NCBI GenBank assembly: GCA_964252035.1
Contig: OZ176213.1
Source: Podarcis erhardii
Lineage: Eukaryota
Length of the DNA: 64,000 nt
Direction: 5' to 3' (one strand)
The translations under genes and the position numbers were made by a program. The notes below the pieces were generated by a model that saw only the letters and a list, made by a program, of their open reading frames with translations, was not told the origin of the DNA and made no database searches. Positions 45,401 through 57,400 of the stretch are shown piece after piece; within the stretch, counting starts at the first letter, position 1; the number at the start of each line of letters is the position of its first letter.

Positions 45401-48400
45401 TGGCAGTGTGAGGGGTATCACTAGATTGAATCAAGAAAACCAAAGCAAAACCTTAATAGCTTAATTTACCCAATTCATTATACGCAAAATAGCTCTTAGT
45501 CAGAAGTGACTTCTGATTTCCCTAGTGATTTCCTTGAACACAGAAGACACTCTCACATTGAAAACCATCAGTGGCATCTGAGGAAGAACTATTCTGCTTG
45601 AAAAACATCAGGCACAAACATGTTTGAGATGTGGTTTGTTAACAAGTAAACTGCTTTTTCAGCACCTTGGGTTCACCTCTAATTGAGGAGGTATGGGAGG
45701 GAATGCTTACAAATAACTGAAGCAGTATAAAGTTAGCTAAGAAGAGGATTTGCTGTGGGCGCTAGGTAGTATGCCACTTGTGAAAGTATATATGTTCCAA
45801 GGAAGGCTCTTGGAATACGGGGGCGGGGGGACAAAGTATTCAGGTTTTGTCCACACATCTTGCTTGGAAGGGCTGCCAATAACCTCTGGGAGCAATATGA
45901 CTGGAAAATACCATTTTGATTTCTCTTTTATTAGTGCTTGGATTAAAGTGGAGCAGCTGAAGCCTTATCATGCCCACAAAGAGGAAATGATCAAAATTAA
46001 CAAAGGCAAGAGGTTCCAGCAAGCTGTGGATGCTGTGGAAGAATTCCTCAAAAAAGGCAAAGGCAAGGACCAGGTGAGTGTCCTTTCACTTAGTTTTGCC
46101 TCCTGACACCGTTCCCTGGAATAATGAATGAAATGCTTCCGTTTTTACTTCATTGCCAGGTAGGTGTGACAGACTATTTCTCAAGAATTATACTATGGAA
46201 CAGTGATTAGGATCACATTTAAAGTTGTAAAGCAGTTAAGTTTCACAATTCTGTCATCTCTCTGACTTCCTTAAAGTGAAGAATGACAAAAGGATCGGCT
46301 GGATCTCCTTACAGCATTGGAATGTGTTTACTATGCACTCTGGAGTTAGAACTTTTTTCCCCCTTATAAAGTAGGTGTCTGCCTAGAACACACAGCTGTG
46401 CTTTGCCTCTCCTTGTCTGTTCTAAATGGTAGCTTGAACCTGCTAAAACCCTGAGTTCAGGGTCCTTGGCATTCTTCAGATATCTGGCAAAACTCATGTT
46501 TGGGGACAACAAAATCCATGCCAGCTCTTGCCCCTTCTTTTCCTCATCCTCTCTGTTCTGTAATCTCTCAGGCTTCTCATAACTCCACCGAAGAGAAGAA
46601 TCGGCGGAATTCGAGTGAAGAGAGGGGCAAGCAGTCAGTGGGAGAAGAGAAACACAAAGCCAATTTGTCTGAAGGGAAGCCGAAGAAGAGGGTGTCTTCC
46701 GTTTCTTCAGAGCGAGGCTCAAAATCCCCTCTGAAGAGAACTTATGAGCAAAGCCCCCGGAAGCGAGGGCGCCCCCCTAAAGATGAGAAGGTTTGTGTTT
46801 TGCATCTTCTCCCATGCTCTGTGAGCTTGTCCAGATGGAATATAATCTTAACAGCCAACCAGATGACTTCATTGTTGTGGCCATTTGAAAAGTTGCATGT
46901 GTTAACTGTTCAAGGGTCCACCAGGCAATTCCTTTATTCCTCAGCCATAATCATTTATATTAGTTGGCTCTTCCAAACTGCTCAGCTTTAGAAGTTTCAT
47001 GGAGTGGCTCCTCCCTGGGAAATCCAACGAGATAACACCATTTTTCCATCTTGTGCACGCTAACCAAGGAAACAGAGCACAATTTCACCGTCAGTAGTGG
47101 TATGTGTTAACATCTCCATCTCATTTGTACGTTTGGTCAGATGACAGCCCTTTCCATCTCATCCTTTCTCTGGTGCAGTCAGGCTGGAAAAGGGCCAGTT
47201 GCCTTGATAGATGGGCATGAAGAAAGCTTCTAGAAGTGGATGACGCAGCCAGAAGACGTCCGTTTCTATGCATTCCTAATTCTTTGCCAGCCTTTGATTC
47301 CTCATCCCCCGTTGTGGTCTGTCCCATCCTTGGACACTTGACAGATGTTCACTAGCAGAATGTGGCCACCTCTATCTATTCAAGAAGGTTGGAATCTCTT
47401 GCTCTGGTGGTTGATGTTACCTACTTCAATTCTTACCAGTTGAATGGATTACTATAATGCTAATGCTCCACGAGGCTGAATCTGAATGCCACTAAGAAGC
47501 ATAAGACAGGATTACTAATCAGCTAAGATTTACTAGAATTGCATTCCACTCATTTTCAGTTGAATGGTACAAAGTGCTTCCCTCTTTCTCGCTGCCATCT
47601 TTTATTAGGTCACAGTTGTGACTCTCATCTTTACTAGTTTGAGATTTAGATTCCTGCAGTCTGGGAAAACCATTATTGATACTTTATTGGTGACTGACCA
47701 GATCCCTGCGTTTAGATGTGATGAACTGCTTGCAAGTAGGATTTTCCCTGAGATTTTATTTTAGGTTATACATTTCCAAAACAGTTGGCTTGAGGGTGTG
47801 CATATTTGCTAACTTGTTCTTTTGGAGAGTGTATCAGTACAGTGGAACCTCGAGTTGCAAACATGATCTGTGTGGGAGGCACATTTGCAACCCGCAGCAC
47901 CACCTCTGCACACGTGCACGACGCGATTCAGCGCTTCTGTGTATGCGCAAAGTGCGGTTTTGGTGTTTCTGCGTGTGCGTGAGCACCGAAATCCGGAAGT
48001 AACCGTTGCGGTACTTCCGGGTTTGGCGCGTCCGTAACTCGAAAACGTACAACCCACAGCGTTCGCAACCTGAGGTATGACTGTAGTACATTTAGCGCTT
48101 TGAATTTCAGAAGCATACTAAGTCACTGGCTGAATACCAGGTGAGGGGGGTTGGCAGTTATGCATGGATTTTCTGGCTGATGGAGCAGCAGCATCAAGAA
48201 GTTTGGAAAGAAAAGAGGCTACTGAAAGCAACAGACTTCTTGATGATGCTGCTCATTCAACAACCACTTCTGCATACTCTCCTGTCCATTGAAGAATATT
48301 CAGTAATTTTTCAAAATATAATCATCGAAAGAGAGTGGGAGCCCAGTTCCAGTGGAGGAGAGCCCTGCTTTTGTAAGAATGGCTGTTGGACCAGGCTTTG

Positions 48401-51400
48401 TATAGATAGCACTGGCTGTGACAGTCCAAGTCCTCTTGGCAACTGAAATGGTCCTGGTTTGTCACTGTTGTGGAATCTCACTCTGCTTAAAATCAAAAGG
48501 GATTGCAAGCTGCTGTAGAAGATGGCTAGAAAACATCTCACTGAGAGGTCTTTTAATCTGTGCACTAAATGGACACTGGTTGGTTGGTTGGTTTGGCCTT
48601 TTACTTAAAATGTGGTGGAGATTGGATGTTTAATGTAGGAGGGTAGTAGACTTAATGTAGGAGGGTAGTAGAGTTATTGTTGTCACCAGATTCCAAAGAT
48701 GGTGATGGGATAAAATGCTCCCTAGATTATGATGAGGCTGTGGCAACTCCCTCTACACCTTCAGGTGGTTGTTGTAAAATAATTTATACCCACCTTTCAA
48801 TCCCTACAGATGTCTTTCAAGGTGATAGCTCAATGGGTAGAACGTATGACTCTTAATCTCAGGGTCCTGAGTTCAACCCCTACACTGGGGAGAAACTTCC
48901 TACAGTGCAGGTGGTTGAACTAGATGGCCCTTCGGGTCCCTTTCAACTCTACAATTCTGTGACACCAGTCATCACATCACATCCACACACAATGTTTAGA
49001 GGTTGCAGAGCAGTATTGGATGACTCTTGGTCGCTCTTTGTTTATATTCAAGAGATCCAGTATCATATACATGCATTTTACATGGTACGCAAATACATGG
49101 TGGTTCCAGGGGTAGGAGATGAAAATGATTGTTCCTGATCATAGGTTTGGAAGGAATGGGAAGGTTCTGCTATCATTCAGGGTAATCTCTCTACCGCCCT
49201 ATCCAAAGCAGCCTCTACAGTCCAGCCCCCCACGTATATGTAATATACAAAATACTTATATACACACAAACTGAAGGAATTTACTGCAGAGCGGATAGAA
49301 CCAGATGGCACAGGCTTGAGAAGACAAGCAAGGGCATCTTTACCATCAACTTGACACATGTTCGCTCAAAAGTAATTTCCATCAAGTTCACTTCATTTTA
49401 GGTAACTACTGTATGTGTAGGATTGTAACCATCAAAATCCAGCATTTGTTTAGCAAAAGTTAAGTTCCTGTTATGTGACTGGGTGGCTATTTTGTTACTC
49501 TTGCAACTCTTACACCAAAGGGATTTAATACTTAATAAGGGTTGCCAATGTGTGGACTTGGCCCAGCTGAAGATTGATGGTAGAGTTGTAAGAACTACCA
49601 TATAAAAAGAATAGTGGCTTAGACTAGCCAAGGTTGATAATATGAATCATAATGTTTTGGTCCGTTGAAAAACCTAAAAATCTTAGCCAGATCATTTATT
49701 AAAATAGAAAGCAAAAAGTGGTGGTGCTTAGAAGACATGCAGTGAAAATTGGCCAAGATTCCAAAACCAGTAAAGATTTTGTCTTTTGTTCATCGCTTTC
49801 CTTCCCCCTCAGCAGTAGATATAGATTAGAGTGTAATGTGCTTTTGGCACAATTCTTCATTCCAGAAATTGGGACCCGTTAAGAAGAAACTAGGTTAGAG
49901 GTGAAGGGTGGGTTCTGTTTGAGTCAAGGAAAGGGATGCAAATTGATGTTTATATATATATATAACAAGAGGTTAATAATGGTAAAAGAGCAAACTGAGA
50001 TGCACTGTGTTCTCAGTACATTTCTCCATGACAATAATGGCAGAGGGAAATAAGATAAGATGAGGGAGTCCTTCTTGGAAATAAATGTCATCCTGGCTTG
50101 TGAAATTTACTGGATGGCATGTATTGAATCATTGTCATGTGCATTGATTATGTTACGTTCACGATGTTAAACACACCTAATAGGGTGTAAGTCTTAGTGA
50201 ACCTGGGGGTGGGGTGGGGACTTGCTTCCAAGTTTACAATAGGATCTTGCTGCATGGATTATTGCTTGATTGCTTTGAGTCACCTTGAAGCTGCTAAAAG
50301 TCCTTGCTTATTTTGGTTAATTTGCTTTTATTGGATTTATTGTCCATGCCACCCACCCCAAGTTCCTAGATATAACAGAAATTAAATCAAATCAATAAAT
50401 TAACCCATTTTTTAAAAATACTGTATGTTACCAGAATTCAAATTATCTCTGGTCTCATTTAACACTACCCATTAAAAGCTGGCCCCAATAAATTATTACT
50501 TGCCCAACTTTCACCAAATACTATAAGCTCAGACCTTGGGAAAGAGAACATTTGTTATTGTAGAGTCAACACCTCTCTGTCCTCTGTGTATAGAATACAG
50601 ATGGACCCTTCCTCACCATTCATTCCTTTCCTTTTTTGCACATGAGAGATGACACTCTCCTAACCAGCCCAGCCATTTGCTCCTAGCGCAAACCCCTTTC
50701 TTCCACTGAGTTTTTCATATGCCATTTTGCAAGCACGTTCCACTACTTGATTTTGGAAGTTGTATTCCTTTGTAAGAGCAACATTTTCCAAAGAGTGATT
50801 GGGGATGTGGAAGAGGAAAATATGCTTCATTATATTTGTTACATATTCATTTAGCTGCTATTCAAATATCCTGCGCACAGAGTTTTGGGATTCTGTCCGT
50901 AAACTTTGTTCTTATTCAATCTCCTCCTTGCTTCACAGGATCTGACAATCCCTGAATCAAGCACAGTGAAGAGAATGATGACTGGCACCATGGCTGGCTT
51001 TAAATGGCCACCGAGTGTAAGCGAGGTGATTTAATTCTTTGTCTTTTCCTCAGTGGAAAAAATTCTAGCATTTCTGCTGTTGTACGAAGCACAGAGGGGT
51101 GGAACACAGTAATCCTCTACTTTGCATACATCAGAGGTTCTTAATGGAAGGCTTGGTTCCCCATATTTTGTGCAAGAGACCCTTTCCTTCCTTGCTCTTC
51201 CATTTCCAGTCCTCTCTGTGCATGACTTGCATCATGCCCCTTTTCCAGTTTCAAATACTCACCTCTTGTATTACTTCATCTCCTCTCTCTTACTGTCCCT
51301 ATTCCTGTACCCATCTCTGCATTGCCCTGGTTACTGTCTGTTTCATATGGGCGAAGGGAAACAAGAGGAGGAGCCACTGGGCTCGTTCTAACATAACACT

Positions 51401-54400
51401 AAACCATGGTTTAGCATGAACTGAAACAAACCTGAATAAAGCCTTGGACTCACCATTGGCCAAGAGAAGGATTTCTGCAGCATTTAGATTTGCTTCCATT
51501 GAAACCTGGCTATTATGTGCAAACCAGGCATTGTGGTTTAAAGATGTTTTGGTCAGCTTCTGAGCAAACCAACTACTAACCGTGGATTATGAAGCTGGCT
51601 TGCTCAATTCAACCAAAGCTTGTTTTAAACCACAGTTATATTGTGAAGACAACTTAGATTTCAAATCTATAGAAGGCTTCCTGGTTGCATGGGAGAAGAT
51701 GATTTGCTATTGCTCATTCCAGCACATGTACATAGTACCAAACCATAGTTTACAGTTGCATACAAACCAGCCCACTGTAGAAGAGGCGTTACTTTTCCAT
51801 GCATTAGTGCTTTAAGTTGGGTCACCTGGTGCCATGGTGATGTCAGGTGATTGACAGTTGTGTAGCCCTGTTTACCTATCAAAATGGTCTGGGTGTGTGT
51901 GTGTGTGTGAGGAGCTTGGGATCTGGTCATTCCTCATTGCTGACAAAACCCATTCTGCAGTCTTTCAGTCTTAAGATGACAATAGTAGTCTTCATCTAAT
52001 AGCCTAGTTTAATTAGTCTAATAGCTATGCCTTAGCTTCTTAAAACATTTTAAAATTAAATGTATATAAATAATAAAAATATTTTTATATAAGTCATTTC
52101 TTAGGACAGCTCTTTAAAATGGTTTAAATCACATACCATGAACAGTGCATTTACTTGTATTTAAAGGTCTCAGATTACTATTGCACGAGGCATGCCAGGC
52201 CTGAGAAGCAAGCTATAAGCATGTTCTTATATATGTTTACTCAAAAGCAAGGCCCATCAATTTCAGTAAGGCTCATTCCCTGTTTACTTACTTGTAAAGT
52301 GTTCTCTGAGAAACTCACTTTGGAAATACACAAAAAAAGCTGTTACGTTATGAACATAGTGGCTGAAATGCAAAAATATAACTTGTGAACATGAACAGAT
52401 ATGTTCCTGTCTTTCATCACCAGGTGGTAATCATAAATAGCTTCCATATTTTGGGGGTTTGGGAAATGGGGATGAGACCCACAAAGTGAAGCAATGCAGA
52501 GCAGGACATCACTCTTCTCCTCCCCAGAAACACTAGCATGCTCAACTTCAAATTTCCTATCCTCTCCCACCCCTTAGACTCCAATGTTATGCAGTTATAG
52601 TAAAGAATGACCCCTCACACTACCAGGCAAACTCTATGCAACACAGAAGTCATGCAGGTCTGTCTTAGAAAGAAAGGAGAAAAGAATCCAAAGGCAAACA
52701 CACATCATGTTCAGAATTTGCTTTTTGCATAGCTCAGCATGTTCATTGTTGCCTCTTTGATCTTTGAAATGCAATACTCATAAGCTAGGAGGTAAGGGTA
52801 GAAGCTTAGCAGCACAGGTCTGGGGCTTCAGGTCTACTACTTTACAGCCCTCTGGCAGCAGTGAGGAGGCAGCAGGACTTCCTATAAAGAATGCAGCAGT
52901 TGGCAAAGTTGGTAGGGCAGGGTTAGTCAATGTGGTGCCCTCCACTGTTGTTGAACTCCCATCAGCCCCAGCCAGCATAACCACTGGTGAGGGATGAAGG
53001 GTGTTACAGTCTAACAATGCCTGGAGGGGCGGGGACCACATGGGCTACTCCTGTACTAGGTCCAATAGCAGAAAGGGGATAGAACTCATGGAATTGTTGG
53101 CTGATAGAAGTCTTGTCACGTTACTCTCCCTGCAATTTCCCCTCCCCTCCTACCCTTCATTGCTCAGTTCTGAGGGCCAGACTACTCAAAAAGTTAAATA
53201 CATCTTTGCATTTGGCTTGCAGGCTTTTTAAATACAAATTTCCTTCCAAACCAAATTTTATCTATCACAATTATCTGTTTGTTTGTTTGTTTGTTTGTTT
53301 GTTTGTTTGTTTGTTATTAGTCAGATTTGTATACCGTCCTTCATCCGAAGATCACAGGGTGGTTCACAACATAAAAACACAAAACGTGAACCCAAAATAT
53401 ATAATAAAACAAAAACAAACTGGTAATCTCCCACCTGCAAATACATTTAAACAGCCATAGAATGTTAAGCAGCCAAAGACGTGGTTATAGAGAAACATTT
53501 TTGCCTGGCGTCTGCAGATAGGTAATGAAGGCATTCCACAAACTGGGAGCCACCACAGGAAAGGCCCATTTTTGTGTTTCCACCCTCTGGTCCTTTCGTG
53601 GAGGAAGCACACAAAGAAGGGCTTCAGAGGATGATCTCTGTATCTGGGCTGGTTCATATGGAAAGAGGCAGTGATGACAAACATCAAAACCTATTACACT
53701 GTTAACGCAATACCAATTGAATCTTGTCTTTCTCTCTCTTGTGTGGACCATTGGTAGAAAATATAAGGAGGGGTAAGGATGATTAGACCAATTATTAGTT
53801 GAAGAGTTGATAGTGGCTGGTGCCAAGAGGCAGAAGATAAAAAAAGTAGTCAAAGTAGTTTCTGAGATCAGAAACATTTCACTTAAATTGATGATTTCCG
53901 TCTAACATGAACATGCTCTTAGAATGGGTAGTGCTTAACTGATTTATTTAAAGCAGTAATAAACCGCTCTTCAGACAAAAAAAAAAAAAGGCTTCCTAAG
54001 TGACTTAAAAAAAAAAAAAGATTTGAGAGCACAGACCTGTAGCAGAATTTTAAGCATGTTTACTCAGAAGTAAATTGCTTGCTGCTTAATAGTGTGTTTA
54101 GGATTGCAACTTAGAAACCAATACATTCAGATGAGTCCTGTTTTTAAACGGAAAGTGCTTTTATGGGATATATCACAAGCTTAAATATATCCCAAGGAGT
54201 CATTCTCAAGCAGCCTCCTATAATGTTGCCATGGGTGGCTTTCACTGAAGAGGCTACTGTGTGTATTATGTCCTGGAAATTGCTTTCCTTCTCCTGCCAA
54301 TTCTTCCTGAGCTGAACTCCCCAGCCTGCCTCTCCTGGACTCTCTTAATTCCCACCTCTATTACTAAGCATAATGATAACTTCTTGACACACATCCTGTA

Positions 54401-57400
54401 TTAGGTACAGAGATAAAAACAAGACTCTTGCTAGTCTGTGGCAGACATCAAGGAGTCTCCTCAGAATTGAGAAAGTGACGACCCATTAAAATGTGTGTGG
54501 AGGCTTTTCAGACTTGAAGTTTGGTTGCCTTGGTTTCTAAGTTTGCCTCTTTGCAATTGCAGCCTGTGAAAGATGGCGACCCTCATTTCCATCACTTCCT
54601 GCTTAGCCAGACAGAGAAGGTGAGCAATAGGTTTGGCTGATGAGTTCATTGCTTGTGGCACTTCAGGAGTTGAAGTCTCTGTGCCAGGTTTCATTAGTTT
54701 TGCTTTGGCATTTATAAGTGAAAATGCCTTTAAAGTTGAGCCGTGACATCCTCAGATTTCCTTGAGAAACAGCAGTTTTTCACTTGTACATATGGGACAG
54801 GTATGATTTTAAAAGTTCATGGAGCAGGTCACCAGAGCTTGCGCATAAGGCAGCTATAGGGAGATAACAGTCATTTATTCCACCCCACATGCATTTCATA
54901 AAGATTCCTCCACCCTAAGGGAGCATAGTTGGGGAGTAAGAAATAGGACATTGCCTTATACTGAACCAGATCATTGATCCATCTAGCTCAGTATCACCCT
55001 AAGCCTAGACTCTCCACTGACTGGCAGCTGATCTCCAATGCTGGTGATTGAAACTGGGTCCTTCTGTATGCAAAGCAAGTGTTCTACCCACTGACCTGCT
55101 GCTGTTCTCCTGCAATAATTATTTACTATTACCATGTCAAGGTATACACTTGGGGTTTTTTTTGCCAGATGTCTCTAAGCTTGGTTCTTCACCTATGAGT
55201 TCACAGTGTTATCTGGAATTGCCCTGGAGGGAAAGGGTTGAACATAAAAACAGAACTATTTTTCTCATACAGAAAGTAGGGTGGGGTGTCTCTGGCTTGC
55301 TCATAATTAATTGTCTATTCATGCTGAGTATATAGGTATACTTGCCCTGCAAGACAGCAAAAGAGTTTCCCCCAAAATCTGTTATTTTCCTTTTCCTCTC
55401 TATGCAGCCGGCTGTTTGCTACCAAGCCATCACAAAGAAGCTGAAGGTGTGTGAAGAGGTATAGCAGACTTCCTTTTTTACTTGCCTGCATTAAAGTTTT
55501 GAGACTGCCTGTTTCTGTAAAGTAAAATTATATTTTATGGCTGTGTTTTTTCTACCCCTTAGGAAACAGGGTCCACGTCTATCCAGGCAGCCGACAGCAC
55601 GGCTATCAATGGCAGCATCACTCCCACAGACAAGAAGTAAGAACCTCCTTTTCTTTCATTTCCTTCTGATTCAGAAGTCAGCCATGTCTGCCTGTTGGCT
55701 TAAGGAGCAATTTGCAGTATAACACATATGGTACATATATGTAAACAGTTATAACAATTGCATATATGAAACATTTTTAAACACCATAGTTATATGTGTT
55801 ACAGCAGTTGAAAATAAGATCACATATGGAAAACTAATTCAGATTCAAAGCAGATATCAGTTGGGATAAATATTTTAGGATGGTTGTTAAAAGAGGAATG
55901 GCTGAGTGAGTTTGTGTTTTTATAAAAGTATTTCTGTGTTACCATATTATAAAATATAAGGGTGATGTACAACAAAACATAAAACACCATTAAAAATAAT
56001 ACAGAGAATCACTAAAGTAACTGGCTAGTCTAAACATTAGAAATTTAAATAGCTGCAAAGGCCTTCCAGGATTTTTTTTTTAAAAAAGGCTCCAAGAGAT
56101 GCAAGAAAGTCAAAAGCAATGAGTTTCTTGAAGAAGAGCATGATCAAACTATGAGAAACAAAATTAGTAAGACTTCCTGGATATCGTAATGAGCCTGCCT
56201 GCTGATCCGATGAATGCATTTTGAAAAATGAAAGTTGCTTTTATCACAACTCTAGGGTCGTTGCATGAATGTGCTGGGAGTTGCCCAGTCTATATGTGGG
56301 TGAAAGCATTGTCCTGCAAGGCAGGTCAGGTGGCCTAATCTGTTTAACCACCAACCCCAAACCACCAGACACATGGGTAGAGGCGGAAGCATTGTACCTT
56401 CCAAGAACTGCACTCTGTGACACTTGTGTCCTCTGGCACTTCCTGTGCTTCCCCCTCTCTAGAGTGACAGAAGCTACAGTTGCACTTCCTGCTTCGCTCT
56501 CGGAAGCAATTTCCCTCCTGCTCCGATGCAGAACAGGCTGTGGCCTGTTTGTCGCTAGAGCTGTCTTGGAATGTCCGTTTTTCAGGCTTGCTGAAGGGAA
56601 ACTTAATATATAACAATGAAAGTATTCAGGTAAACCCTTTCCCCATAGCAATTTGGAAGAAGACAATGCGTCCCTCTGGGTTGGGCTCTGTTAGTGTGAA
56701 AATGTCTTAGCAGTGGCTTGCCGCAAGCCTCTCATGGTGGTTTAGTTAAGCATTGCAAGTGCTGCCAGCTGTGAACCGAACAGCAGACATACAGGAAGCT
56801 AAAATGTGTTAGCTTTATTAAGATCAGTTTTGAAACGCCTTTGTTAATTGAGGAGGGAAACAGTCACTTGTACTCTTTGTAAGTTTCCAAGGGTAATTTG
56901 TCTTTGTTCCATTCTGGTATCCCTTGTTCTTGCCACTGCCTCTTTATAGTTTACTTAAAGTGCATGCAGGGCCCTCTCAACCAAAATTCTTCCAATACCC
57001 CCCTCCCCTCCTTATTAATTTGGATGAGGAACGTTGCATGTTAGCAGTGGCTTTTCCTAAGCATGAAACCAGAGTGGCTGCTAACATGTGAACTGTAGCT
57101 TAAACAAGCACTTAATTCTCTTTAAGTGGCATGGCAGAAAGTTTAACAAAAACATAAGTGACTTTTGATCTGTGAGTTGTGCACCAGGATACCAAATGCT
57201 GTGTTGAGCCTTCTGAGGCAAACTAGCTAAGAGAGGGAGTTGCCCAGTCATTGCTGAACTGTACTCAAATTTAGACCTTGCACATGCAGACCCAAGACGT
57301 TTTTCACTGCAGCGTCCTAGTCCGTTTTGTGCTATCAGTGAATATGACTTTGTGCACCCAGTTCTTTGTTCTCCTAGGATGAGGTTCTCTTATCTGCCTG

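Noticed and set aside
48821-48895. Possible functional tRNA-Lys gene
   Set aside because: The acceptor stem and arms are degenerate and it is fused to a CR1 tail, so it is treated as a SINE head.
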